NCBI GenBank assembly: GCA_965223545.1
Contig: OZ245006.1
Location: 2,880,001 to 2,944,000 of the forward strand
Direction: 5' to 3'
DNA from: Planctomycetota bacterium
Lineage (GTDB): Bacteria; Planctomycetota; UBA1135; UBA2386
DNA: 64,000 nucleotides
Numbering within the stretch: the stretch's first letter is position 1; each line of letters begins with the position of its first letter. The notes under the pieces are model-generated. The model was not told the DNA's origin. It worked only from the letters and a program-made list of their open reading frames with translations, and searched no databases. Below, one piece after another: positions 10,149 to 19,639 of the stretch. The translations under genes and the position numbers were made by a program.

Positions 10149-10876
10149 TCGTATCTCTCGATCACCTTATCGGTCAGCGTGCTAAAGAAGACAGAGTTCT
10201 TCAGCTCGCGCAGTTCACCGAGAACAGGAAGCAGGCTCTCTTCCTCGGACTTGAACGACCCCGCCTCGAAGGCATCGATGTCCAAACGAACGGCGAACCC
10301 TCCGTCAGCCGGGAGCATGGCCTGGGTCACGAAAACCGCGCGATGCTCCGTCACTCGATGTAGCGTCCGAAGCTCATACTGCATCACATCCGACGGAACG
10401 CCATCGGGTCCGCGCAGGGGCGCTTCGAAGATTTCGTCGAGACTGAACTCGCCGCGCTTGAACGTCATGTGGTTGATGTAGCGCACAGCAACGCGCGAGA
10501 CGTTGCCAATCGGACCGAGCTCGTCGACGTAGGCCGACCAACCCCTCATGGCGTTACCGACAACGTGTTCCCAATCTGTGTAGGGCTTCAGCCTGCTGAA
10601 CGTGAAGCCGTTGATGCGAAATTGCACGACTTCGCTCTCTTGCCGGAAGTGAAACCCGACGAGCGCGTGGTCCACCTCTCCTGGGTCGGACTGCACGCGA
10701 GATCGAAACCTCGCCACGAAGTCCTGCTGAACCTCGACGATGGGGAACTCGCGTGCGCCGACCGAGTCATGGAGCCGGTCCTTATCGTCAACCGAGATCG
10801 ACACGGAATCTGCTAGCCTCAGGTCGATCACAGCTTCCGTGATCGGAGCGTTCTTCAGCTTGCGCTGACTACCCAT
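10145..10876 (-). CDS. TIGR04255-family protein
   Basis: LKNAPITEAVIDLR, VVQFRINGFTFSRLKPYTDWE, SRVAVRYIN, LDID, LRELKNSVFFSTLT match the family pattern as recalled. Confidence 0.85.
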   Translation of the reverse strand: MGSQRKLKNAPITEAVIDLRLADSVSISVDDKDRLHDSVGAREFPIVEVQQDFVARFRSRVQSDPGEVDHALVGFHFRQESEVVQFRINGFTFSRLKPYTDWEHVVGNAMRGWSAYVDELGPIGNVSRVAVRYINHMTFKRGEFSLDEIFEAPLRGPDGVPSDVMQYELRTLHRVTEHRAVFVTQAMLPADGGFAVRLDIDAFEAGSFKSEEESLLPVLGELRELKNSVFFSTLTDKVIERYE

Positions 10877-11282
10877 TCGATGAGCCCGCGGGTTCCATGG
10901 CCGCAACTCTAGGATTGCAGAGTCTTCCCCCACACCAGCACTCCCAAGTTTCTCCAGGCTGTCTCGTCAAGAGTGGCGCGAACATGCGGCCATGGCGTGA
11001 AGGCGGGTTCGTCCTCCGCCAACGTAGTGGCACACCGAGCCTCGGTGGTCACATGCGAGAGGCCTTGGCTCACCCGTTCACCTCATCGCTCCAAAGTTCC
11101 CGATCGCGCTAGCAGTGGTGTGAATCAGGAATCTGCGGCATTCTCCGAGGCCATCCGCGGCCATCGCGGCGTTGCTGCGTTCCTGCGTCCTCGACGTATC
11201 CACCGATATGCCTGCGGCGCAGCGCGTACTCGCGCCGCGACCCGACGCGCAAGTCGCGCCGACGGCCGCTTCGGGACGAAGT

Positions 11283-11308
11283 GCCGTAAACCCGTGAGGG
11301 TTTACGGC
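11283..11308. terminator. Perfect 11-bp hairpin just 3' of tRNA-Asp (terminator or processing signal)
   Basis: GCCGTAAACCC-GTGA-GGGTTTACGGC, 7 nt beyond the tRNA CCA end. Confidence 0.6.
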
Positions 11309-11315
11309 CTTCGAA

Positions 11316-11392
<77 letters not shown>

Positions 11393-11520
11393 AGACCAGG
11401 GGGCTGCAGACTCTAGCGCCGCCCCCTCGAGTTGCAAGCGCGTTCGAGCCGCGGATCCGCGCCCCTCCGCCGCACGCTCGCCACCCGCGCGCCCGCCGCG
11501 CACGACGTATTCTCCCGGCC

Positions 11521-12519
11521 GTGCTGAGCATCGGTTTCGTCGGCGCCGAGCCGCTGGCCACGCCCCATCTGTCGGTCGACGGCATGACGGTGTCGGGGCC
11601 CAACTTGTCACACTGGCCGGGCAACCGGACGCCGGCGCGCTACAAGGCCGATCTCAGCACCGGCATCTGTCTGGCGTTCGCGCGGGCGCCGGCGGAGGAG
11701 CGCGCGGCGTTCTTGGCGGGGGCGCGCATGGTCGTCAACGACCACTTCGATACCGATGGGTTCTTGTCGATGCTGGCCGTCACCAGGCCCGACGTGGCGT
11801 TGCCGCGGGCGGCGCTGTGTCTCGAGGCGGCCGCCACCGGGGACTACCAGGCCTACCAGGGCGAGGCCGGCTTCGCCGTCGACCGCATCGTGCTGGGGCT
11901 GCTGCGCCACCCGCGATCGCCGCTGGCGGCCGAGCTGCCGGCGATGTCGCCGCCGCACCGCGCGCTGCGCGGCTATCGCTGGTTGCTGGAGAACGCCACG
12001 TTGGTGCTCGACCAGCCGCAGGAGCTGGCGTTCCTTTGGCGCGACGAGCATGCGCGGATCACCGCGGAGCTGGCGGCGGCGCGGGCCGGCGCGCTGCGGC
12101 GGCAGGAGTTCGGCAGCGCCGGGCTCGCGGTGCTCACCAGCGAGGGCGACGTCGCGCGGATGGTGCTCAACACGTGCGCCGGCGCGTTCCGCGTCCTGCA
12201 CGTCCAGGGCGGCGAAGGCGGCCCGCGCTACCGCTACCACGACCGCACCGAGAGCTGGTTCGAAGTGGTCACCTTCCGGCCGCCCCCGCGCCGGGATCTG
12301 CGGCCGCTGGCGGCGCGCCTCGAGCACCTGGAGCGGCGGGCGACCTCCGCCCCCACCGGTCAGTGGTGCGCCGACCCGCCCGACGACCCGGTCCCGGAGC
12401 TCTACTTCGGCGCGCCGGCGGCTCAGGAGTATGGGGAGATCACGCGCACGCTGACACCGAGCGCCCTCGCACCGGGGCTCGTGGCGGAGGTCCTGGCCGC
12501 GGGGTTGGACATTCCCTGA
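11521..12519 (+). CDS. DUF6687-like protein (DHH-phosphoesterase-like)
   Basis: LSVDG, LSHWPGNRTP..KADLST, NDHFDTDG, AATGD motifs. Confidence 0.6.
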   Translation: MLSIGFVGAEPLATPHLSVDGMTVSGPNLSHWPGNRTPARYKADLSTGICLAFARAPAEERAAFLAGARMVVNDHFDTDGFLSMLAVTRPDVALPRAALCLEAAATGDYQAYQGEAGFAVDRIVLGLLRHPRSPLAAELPAMSPPHRALRGYRWLLENATLVLDQPQELAFLWRDEHARITAELAAARAGALRRQEFGSAGLAVLTSEGDVARMVLNTCAGAFRVLHVQGGEGGPRYRYHDRTESWFEVVTFRPPPRRDLRPLAARLEHLERRATSAPTGQWCADPPDDPVPELYFGAPAAQEYGEITRTLTPSALAPGLVAEVLAAGLDIP

Positions 12520-12657
12520 ACTCCGCGGAATGCCGCCGCCGCTGGGCGGTAGGTCGCCCGGATCGGCCTGGGCCGGCGGCGCAATGGAGTGCCGCGCCCG
12601 CGCCGGACTGGAACTAGAATCCCGATCGGGTCGACTCCCCGATTCACGAGCAGACCA

Positions 12658-13911
12658 ATGCGACGATCCCTCATCCTCGGACTCACTCTGACCTCACTCG
12701 CCACGCCGCTCTTCAGCCAGGGCTCGGCGCTCGTCGTCCGCACGACGCAGGAGCGCCTGGCGCGGCGGATGAACGATTCGATGGGCGATGGCACCGACGT
12801 CCCCGCCCTGCAGGAGGGCGAAGTCTGGGAGGTCCTGCTCGACGACGGCGGCCGCGCAGTGGTCCGCGCCGCGCAGGCCGAGGGCCACCTCCTCGAGCTC
12901 CGCGCCCGCCCCGCCGCCCTGATGGAGCTGTTTGCCGACGAGGTCCGCCGCTCACAACGGATGGCGGATGGGATGGCGACACTGGCCCTCGGCCGGATGG
13001 GCGTGCAGCCCAAGGACGCCATCGGCATGGCGCGCGCCGTGTTCGCCTGGCCCAAGCAGTGCGACACGTTCGCGCTGCGCATCGACGCCGACCCCGACGA
13101 TCCCGGTGCAGGCTTCCACGCCCAAGTGTCGATGACGCCTGCGGCAGAGAGCGACTTCGCCGGCCTCTTGCAGAAGCTGACGCCGGCGGGGGAGGGCGCG
13201 CCGCGGCTCACGCAGACCAACGCGACCATGGCGATGCGCTTCGCGCTCGATTTCGGACAGTTGTCGGGCGCGCTGACGGCGATGACGGAGTTCATGGCTT
13301 CGATCGGCGCACCTTCGGCCGAGGCCGCCGAGCAGCGCAATGCGATGATGCAGCGGTACTGGGACGCGCTCGGCAACGGGTTCTCGATGGCGATGGACTT
13401 CGACAGCGGAGAGCTGCAGTTCATCTCCCGCGTCGCCGACGCGGCAGCCATGCGCGACATCATCGCGACCGAGGAGTTCACCGCCTGGACGAGCTCCGTG
13501 GCGACGATGGCACCCGGCCTCGAAGCCGAGGTCGAGCGCGACGCCCTGGTGCACCGCGACGTGTCGCTGCTGCGCACGACCTTGACGACCGACGATCCCG
13601 ACGCGATGCCCAGCCCGATGCTCAAGAACGGGCGGTCGGTATCGCATTCCGGCCTGGCCGGCGAGTTCTTGATCGGCACCACCGGCCTCGCCCCGGAGGC
13701 CATCACGCGGTTGATCGATCGCGCGCTCGACGGTGAGATCGAGTTGCGCCCGCTCGCCGAGAACATGATCGGCGAGGTCGAGGTGCGGTTCCGCGACCTG
13801 GTCGAGTCGAGCGGGCAGGGTCAGGTCCCGACCGATAGCATGCCGCAGACGGTCGAGATCAAGATCGGCAACCCCGGGAACGCACTGCTGATCGACATCC
13901 GCGGGGCGTGA
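12658..13911 (+). CDS. Secreted hypothetical protein
   Basis: Signal peptide MRRSLILGLTLTSLATPLFSQ followed by a long open frame; no family recognised. Confidence 0.7.
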   Translation: MRRSLILGLTLTSLATPLFSQGSALVVRTTQERLARRMNDSMGDGTDVPALQEGEVWEVLLDDGGRAVVRAAQAEGHLLELRARPAALMELFADEVRRSQRMADGMATLALGRMGVQPKDAIGMARAVFAWPKQCDTFALRIDADPDDPGAGFHAQVSMTPAAESDFAGLLQKLTPAGEGAPRLTQTNATMAMRFALDFGQLSGALTAMTEFMASIGAPSAEAAEQRNAMMQRYWDALGNGFSMAMDFDSGELQFISRVADAAAMRDIIATEEFTAWTSSVATMAPGLEAEVERDALVHRDVSLLRTTLTTDDPDAMPSPMLKNGRSVSHSGLAGEFLIGTTGLAPEAITRLIDRALDGEIELRPLAENMIGEVEVRFRDLVESSGQGQVPTDSMPQTVEIKIGNPGNALLIDIRGA

Positions 13912-13963
13912 TGCTCAGCGCAGCCGAGCACGCAGCCAAGGGCCGAGCGTTTCGCGGCGGCAC

Positions 13964-14893
13964 ATGAGCTCGCTCTACGCGATCCACAAGGTGCGCGCGT
14001 TCTTGCGCGGCACGCTCGGCATCGCCGCGATCGTGTTCGGCGTCCTCATCAAGCAGCCCGTCGTCACTTTTGTCGTCGTCGCCTACGGCACGCTCGTGGC
14101 GGCTTCGGCCTATACACGACTGATCCGCATCTACGCGCAGGAGCAGCGCAGCCCGGACTTGTTCCGCCAGGCGCACGAGAGCTTCGCGCGGGCCAGCCTG
14201 CCGCGGCAGGTGTTCTGGTTGTTGTTCGCCGTCGCCGAAGCCGATGGCCGGCCCGAGAACGACGAGCGCGAGCTGGTCCGCAAGTTCCTGCTCGAGCGCT
14301 TCGTCGACCCGATCACCACGCATGACCTGCGCACCTGGGAGGCGCAGCGCATTCCGCCGGAACAAGTGGGAGCCCTGGCGATGCAAGTGCGCCGCGTGCT
14401 GCTGCCCGCCGAGTGCGAGACCATCTTCTACTGGGCTTGTTTGGTGGCGTTCGCCGACGGCACCTTCCGTCCGCTCGAGCACGAGGCTCTGCAGGACGTG
14501 TCCAAGGGTCTCGGGCTCGACCCCCAACAGGCGCGCGCGGTGTTCCACCACGCCAAGGCGCGAGTGCTCGGCGGCGGCGACCCCAGCGGCACGCGCACGT
14601 GGGGCCGGGCCAACAGCAACGGCTGGCAGCACGGTCCGCGCGGGGCGCACTACGGCGGCCAGCGCCACGACCGCGCGGGGCAGGGTTCCCGACGCGCCCC
14701 GACCCGGGTGCAGGCGTTGGCGATGCTCGGTCTCGAGGGCGACCCCTCCGACGACGACATCCGCAAGCGCCACCGCGAGCTGGTCAAGCGCTATCACCCC
14801 GACGCGCACGCGCACCTCGGCGAGGTCGCGGCGGCCGAGGCCGCCAAGCGCTTCCGCGAGGTGCAGAAGGCCTACGAGTATCTCGTGCCCTGA
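13964..14893 (+). CDS. DjlA-like co-chaperone (TM + TerB-like + C-terminal J domain)
   Basis: VAEADG and VAFADG TerB-type motifs; C-terminal LGL...KRHRELVKRYHPD...FREVQKAYEYL J domain with HPD. Confidence 0.85.
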   Translation: MSSLYAIHKVRAFLRGTLGIAAIVFGVLIKQPVVTFVVVAYGTLVAASAYTRLIRIYAQEQRSPDLFRQAHESFARASLPRQVFWLLFAVAEADGRPENDERELVRKFLLERFVDPITTHDLRTWEAQRIPPEQVGALAMQVRRVLLPAECETIFYWACLVAFADGTFRPLEHEALQDVSKGLGLDPQQARAVFHHAKARVLGGGDPSGTRTWGRANSNGWQHGPRGAHYGGQRHDRAGQGSRRAPTRVQALAMLGLEGDPSDDDIRKRHRELVKRYHPDAHAHLGEVAAAEAAKRFREVQKAYEYLVP

Positions 14894-14925
14894 CCGCGGC
14901 GGCGATTCGCGTATTCTCGAGCTCC

Positions 14926-15342
14926 ATGGTCACGATTGACGCGCGCTACGAAGGCACGCTGCGCTGCACCGCCCGTCACGGTCCGTCCGGCGCGGCCCTC
15001 ACCACCGATGCCCCGGTCGACAACCACGGCCGCGGCGAGGCGTTCTCCCCCACCGATCTGTTGGCGACGGCGCTCGCCACGTGCGCGATGACCATCATGG
15101 GCATCGTGGCGCAGCGCGAGGGCATCGACCTCGCCGGCATGACCGCGCGCGTCGACAAGCACATGGCCGCCGACCCGCGCCGCGTCTCGGCGTTGCCGGT
15201 CACGTTTCGCATCCCGACCGCGCTCGACGAGCGGCAGCGCGCGACGCTGGAAGCGGCCGCGCGCGGCTGCCCGGTGGCGCGCAGCCTGCACGCGGATCTG
15301 ACGCAGACGCTGCGCTTCGAGTACGGGGCTGAGACCGGGTAG
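14926..15342 (+). CDS. OsmC-family protein
   Basis: TDAPVDNHGRGEAFSPTDLLATALATC ... GCPVARSL with both conserved Cys. Confidence 0.92.
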   Translation: MVTIDARYEGTLRCTARHGPSGAALTTDAPVDNHGRGEAFSPTDLLATALATCAMTIMGIVAQREGIDLAGMTARVDKHMAADPRRVSALPVTFRIPTALDERQRATLEAAARGCPVARSLHADLTQTLRFEYGAETG

Positions 15343-15381
15343 AAGAGTCGGCGGGTGATGAACGGGAGCCTGACCTGAAAC

Positions 15382-16764
15382 TCACCCAGCCTCGGCGATC
15401 GGTACGAGCTTGTACCCGAGGGATTTAGCGTTCTGTCGGAGTCCGACGATGCGTCGCTGGGTGAAGCGCTCCTCGTAGGCCTTGGCGCCTTCGTCTACGT
15501 AGTCCTGGCCGAACTTCAGCATGCGGTAGATGAGCAGGGCCAGTTTGCGGGCGATGGCAAAGATGGCGACGTTGCCGTCCTTCGCGCGGGCGATCTTGCG
15601 GAAGTGTGCGCCGAGAGCTGTCTGAGTACGTTGGAGGGACAGGGCGGCCATCCGGAGGACCGTGGCGATCCTGCTGACCGCGATGTTGTTGCGGTGCTTC
15701 TTGATGCGCTTTCCACCCGAGACGGCTTGACGTGGGCACAGGCGTAGCCAGGAGACGAAGTGCTTCTCGGTCGGGAAAGCTTCGAGGTCGTAGCCGACCT
15801 CGGTGAGCACGATCATGGCCGTGCTCGGGCTGATACCGTCGATTCGCGTGAGATCACACCCGACGAGCCGGCAGAGGGCATCGCGAAGCTCCCGGCCGCC
15901 CTTCGTTCGGATGCTCCTCTCCTTGCGGGGGTCTGGATGCTCGGGGACGTCGGCCGTCTTGGCTTCCTCCGGTTGCAGGTCCTCGATCATCGCCATCAAT
16001 CGCTTCTCGACCGACTCGATCTCGTGGTCGGTGTGCTCGAGCATCCGCAAGCCCGAAGCGAGAGTGAAGATGTGCTCCTCGATCCAGGTCCCTTGCAAGT
16101 GATCCGCGAGCTCCTTCTCGGAGATCTTGCAGCGCGGATCACGCAGTCTGGCGAGCGCTCGAGGGTCGCGTTCACCAGCGAGAATCGCGCGGATGATCGC
16201 GAGGCCGGTCTTGCCGGTGATGTCCGTTACCGCGCGATGGATCGCCACGTTCATCTGATCCAGTGACCGCTGCATCAACTGCGTGTGGCGCGTGCGCTGC
16301 GCGATCAAAGACGCGGCATGGCGTTGCAGGGTCCGCAACGCACAGATGTCCTTCGGAGGCCGGAACGAAGCGCGAATGAGGCCATAGGTGTGTAGCTTCT
16401 GCAGCCAACTGCAATCGCTGGCATCGGACTTGGAGCGGCCCGGCACGTTCTTCACCTCGCGGGCATTCGCGAGGATGACCTCGAAGCCTCTCGACTCGAG
16501 TAGCTCGTAGACGGGAATCCAGTAGACATAGGTGCTCTCCATCGCGACGGATCGCACTCCGAGCTCCTCCAGCCAGTCCGCGAGCGCCTCTAGCTGGGGC
16601 GTCGTCGTTCCGAATCGCTTGATCGGACGACTGCCGTCGGGTGCTGCTGCGCACACCCAGTGCTCGCGGCTGCCGATGTCGATTCCGGCGGCGTTGGGCT
16701 TCACGACTGGCAATACTTCCGCTGCGGGCTTCTTGCCCTTCCTCGTTCTGCTCTTCCCAGCCAT
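15382..16764 (-). CDS. IS110-family DEDD recombinase/transposase
   Basis: AGIDIG, VAMEST, KSDASDC (DEDD RuvC-like); C-terminal IDGIS..TEVG..F...FVSWLRLCP..AVSGGK (catalytic Ser) and AIARKLA. Confidence 0.96.
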   Translation of the reverse strand: MAGKSRTRKGKKPAAEVLPVVKPNAAGIDIGSREHWVCAAAPDGSRPIKRFGTTTPQLEALADWLEELGVRSVAMESTYVYWIPVYELLESRGFEVILANAREVKNVPGRSKSDASDCSWLQKLHTYGLIRASFRPPKDICALRTLQRHAASLIAQRTRHTQLMQRSLDQMNVAIHRAVTDITGKTGLAIIRAILAGERDPRALARLRDPRCKISEKELADHLQGTWIEEHIFTLASGLRMLEHTDHEIESVEKRLMAMIEDLQPEEAKTADVPEHPDPRKERSIRTKGGRELRDALCRLVGCDLTRIDGISPSTAMIVLTEVGYDLEAFPTEKHFVSWLRLCPRQAVSGGKRIKKHRNNIAVSRIATVLRMAALSLQRTQTALGAHFRKIARAKDGNVAIFAIARKLALLIYRMLKFGQDYVDEGAKAYEERFTQRRIVGLRQNAKSLGYKLVPIAEAG

Positions 16765-16769
16765 ACTTC

Positions 16770-16960
16770 ATCCTCATTGTTGTGGTGGGCCCGGCCCGAG
16801 GCGGCGATCAAACGAATCTGACCTGCGGGAGTGGGCACGGCGACGTGCCCCTCACCAGTGAAGGATGGCCAACTCGGACCCAGACTGGCTCTGGGGCAAA
16901 CGTGCTCCAGTGGCTATTGGGGGCGTAGCTGCCGGGCCCCTCACACGTTCCCCTCCCCCT
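16770..16960 (-). ncRNA. Putative IS110 bridge RNA (ends approximate)
   Basis: Contains an 8-nt match to the left flank plus core (16929-16936), a 5-nt complement of the right flank (16904-16908) and an 11-nt match to the predicted circle junction (16815-16825). Confidence 0.75.
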
Positions 16961-17028
16961 TCCTCAGCGGCTAGTTTCCTGCCCTGAAGGGCCGACAAAT
17001 CTGCCGGGGCAGGACTGGCTCCGTACGT

Positions 17029-18057
17029 TCATTTGGCGCAGCGGAAGCCGGTGTGGGAGAGGCCGGTGTCGGGGGAGGACTTCATGCGGGCGGAGGGTCG
17101 GTAGCCGGTGCAGTACTCGTCGCTGCAGAGGAACGAGCCGCCGCGCAGGACGCGCTTGGGCAGGCCGGGCTCCATCGGGTCGTAGCTCTCGGCCGGTCCT
17201 TGCGGATTGGTCTCGGGCGAGCTGCGGTAGTAGGCGGGGTGGTACCAGTCGGCGCACCACTCCCAGACGTTGCCCGACATGTCGTAGAGGCCGAAGCCGT
17301 TCGGCTTGAAGCTGCCCACCGGGGCGGTGCGCGGGTAGCCGTCGGTGGCGTCGTTCTGGGTGGGGAACCGCCCCTGCCAGATGTTGGTGTGCCAGACGCC
17401 GCCGGGGACCTTCTCGGCTCCCCAACAATAGGTCTGTCCAGCCAGTCCTCCGCGGGCGGCGTATTCCCATTCGGCCTCGGTCGGCAAGCGCTTGCCGGCC
17501 CACCGCGCGTAGGCCACCGCGTCGTCGTGCGCGACGTGCACCACGGGGTGCTGCTCGAGTCCGTCGATGGAGCTGTCGGGGCCGAGCGGGTGGCGCCAAT
17601 TCGCGCCCGGCACCCAGCTCCACCACGCGGCGAAGTCCTCGAGACCGACGGCGTCCGGCGGCGGCGTGAACACCAGCGAGCCGGCGGTCGGCTCTTCCTC
17701 CACGGGACCGGGGAAGTCGAGCACGTTGGGCACCTTCTCGGCGACGGTCACGTAGCCCGTCGCTTCGACGAACGCCGTGAACTGCGCGTTGGTGACCTCG
17801 TGCGCGTCGATCCAAAAACCGTCGAGGACGACCTCGTGCACCGGCTGCTCGTCGGCGAAGCCCTCGGCGGAGCCCATCGCAAAACGGCCCCCCGCGAGCC
17901 AGACCATGCCCTCGGGTGGTTGGTCCGGTGCCGGAACTCGGGCCGGGTCCTGGGCAGCGGTCGCCCCGCCGGCAACCGGGCCGGTTGCCGTGGCCTCGGT
18001 GCAGGCGGCGCCGGCACACCACGTCGAGCTGGCGATCAACAGCAGGGCGGCACGCAT
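17029..18057 (-). CDS. Formylglycine-generating enzyme (SUMF1/FGE-sulfatase) family protein, exported
   Basis: FAMGS, HEVTNAQF, HPVVHV, KRLPTEAEWEYAARGG, NGFGLYDMSGNVWEWCADWY, RGGSFLCSDEYCTGYRPSAR, HTGFRC. Confidence 0.95.
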   Translation of the reverse strand: MRAALLLIASSTWCAGAACTEATATGPVAGGATAAQDPARVPAPDQPPEGMVWLAGGRFAMGSAEGFADEQPVHEVVLDGFWIDAHEVTNAQFTAFVEATGYVTVAEKVPNVLDFPGPVEEEPTAGSLVFTPPPDAVGLEDFAAWWSWVPGANWRHPLGPDSSIDGLEQHPVVHVAHDDAVAYARWAGKRLPTEAEWEYAARGGLAGQTYCWGAEKVPGGVWHTNIWQGRFPTQNDATDGYPRTAPVGSFKPNGFGLYDMSGNVWEWCADWYHPAYYRSSPETNPQGPAESYDPMEPGLPKRVLRGGSFLCSDEYCTGYRPSARMKSSPDTGLSHTGFRCAK

Positions 18058-19295
18058 CACGCCAGCAGGATAGCGCGAAAGTCGTTGACGTTGGTGCGGG
18101 TCGGCCCGGTGTGGAGCAGATCGCCAAGAGTGCGGAAGAACGCGTGACTGTCGTTGGCGGCGAGCGCTCGCTCCGCGTCGAGGCCGACCGCGGCGGCCCG
18201 CGCCAGCGTGTCGGGCGCGACGAGGCAGCCCGCGTTGTCCTCGGTGCCGTCGACGCCGTCGGTGTCCGCCGCCAGCGCCCACACTCCCGGCGCACCCGCC
18301 AGCGCCCGCGCCAACGCCAGTGCGTACTCGCCGTTGGGACCACCGCGTCCGTCGCCGCGCACCACCACCGTCGCCTCGCCACCCGATAGCAACACCCGCG
18401 GCCGCGGCGCCAACGCCGTCGCCAAGGCTGCGCGCGCGTGCTCCACCGCCAAGGCGCTCGCCTCGCCCTCGAGCGCGGCCCCGCAGAGCACCGGCTCCAC
18501 GCCGCGCGCCCGCGCCCGGTCGGCCGCCGCGCGCAGCGCTTGCGCCGGCGTCGCCACCAGCGTCCACGTCGAGCGCGCCAGCCGCGGATCGTCGGGCTTG
18601 GGCGTCTCGTGTGCAGCCAGCGCCCGCGCCACGGCTGGTGGCACCGGCACGCCACGGCGCGCCAGCACGGCGCGCGCTTCGTCGGCGGTGGTCGGGTCGC
18701 CCACCGTCGGCCCCGACGCGATCACCGACGGGTCGTCCCCGGCGACGTCCGAGATCAGCAGCGCATGCACGGCGGCGGGCGCCGCCGCCGCAGCCAACCG
18801 CCCCCCCTTGATCGCCGACAGGTGCTTGCGCACGCAGTTGAGCTCGGCGATCGGCGCGCCACTGCGCAGCAATCCCCGCGTGACCGCTCGCTTCTCCTCG
18901 AGCGGCACCCCGTCGATCGGCGCGGTCCACAGCGCCGAGCCCCCGCCCGAGAGCAGACACAGCACGAGGTCCTCGGGCCCGAGGCCGGCGACGCGGCGCA
19001 GCACCTCTCGGGCGGCGTCGAGCCCGGCGCCATCCGGCAGCGGATGGCCGGCCTCGACCACCTCGATGCGCCGGCAATCGACGCCGTGGCCGTAGCGGGT
19101 GACCACGAGGCCGTCCACGTCCGGCCACTCGCGCTCCACCGCCCGGGCCATCGCTGCAGCAGCCTTTCCGGCACCGACGACGACGACGCGGCCGCGCGGC
19201 CGCGCCGGCAAGTGCGGCGCCACCACGCGCTCGGGCGCCGCCGCAGCGACGGCCGCTTCGAACAACTCGATCAGAAAAGCGCGCGGGTCGATCAT
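18057..19295 (-). CDS. Glycerate 2-kinase (TtuD/GckA, MOFRL family)
   Basis: VGAGKAA, EAGHPLPD, LSGGGSAL, RKHLSAIKGG, SDVAGDD..IASGPT, GGEATV, GRGGPN, DTDGVDG, TGPTRTNVNDF. Confidence 0.95.
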   Translation of the reverse strand: MIDPRAFLIELFEAAVAAAAPERVVAPHLPARPRGRVVVVGAGKAAAAMARAVEREWPDVDGLVVTRYGHGVDCRRIEVVEAGHPLPDGAGLDAAREVLRRVAGLGPEDLVLCLLSGGGSALWTAPIDGVPLEEKRAVTRGLLRSGAPIAELNCVRKHLSAIKGGRLAAAAAPAAVHALLISDVAGDDPSVIASGPTVGDPTTADEARAVLARRGVPVPPAVARALAAHETPKPDDPRLARSTWTLVATPAQALRAAADRARARGVEPVLCGAALEGEASALAVEHARAALATALAPRPRVLLSGGEATVVVRGDGRGGPNGEYALALARALAGAPGVWALAADTDGVDGTEDNAGCLVAPDTLARAAAVGLDAERALAANDSHAFFRTLGDLLHTGPTRTNVNDFRAILLA

Positions 19296-19639
19296 GCACT
19301 CAGCGTGAACCCCGACGCATGATGCGCTGCCGCCTGTCCGCGGACCAGCCTCGACGACCCAGTCCGGGGCGTCGGGCTCGACACAGCCGCCCCGCCACGC
19401 TCCCCTAATGCCTCGGCTCCTTGTGGAACTCAGCGCGGCCGAGGCCGCAAACCAAACACGGAGCATTCCGCGACCCGAGCGTCGGTCGCCGGTCCCGCGG
19501 TCGCCGGCGGCCCGCGCTGAGCCCAGAGGCCAGTGTTGTCTTCGAGCCTCCGGGAGCTGCGTTGTCGAAGTTCCAGCGGCATCGAGCCTTCCGAAAGGTT
19601 GTCGCCGCGCGAAGATTTGCGGACCCTGAGGCTCAGAGT

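Larger units (their letters stand above)
15370..17002 (-). mobile_element. Complete IS110-family insertion sequence with CT (plus) / AG (element strand) core at both ends
   Basis: Core at 15370-15371 and 17001-17002; no terminal inverted repeats seen; very short right end and ~235-bp non-coding left end. Boundaries inferred from guide matches in the non-coding end. Confidence 0.85.

Noticed and set aside
9070..11315. Intact integrative element at tRNA-Asp
   Set aside because: No integrase and no duplicated tRNA 3' end (att site) found by eye; at most a remnant islet.
18058..19299. 756-aa ORF suggesting a long N-terminal fusion to the FGE-family protein
   Set aside because: The upstream part is an alternative frame over glycerate kinase; the plausible start with a signal peptide is 18057.
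19296..19639. Possible riboswitch or ncRNA in the divergent intergenic region
   Set aside because: No recognisable conserved motif; GC-rich pairing is expected by chance.
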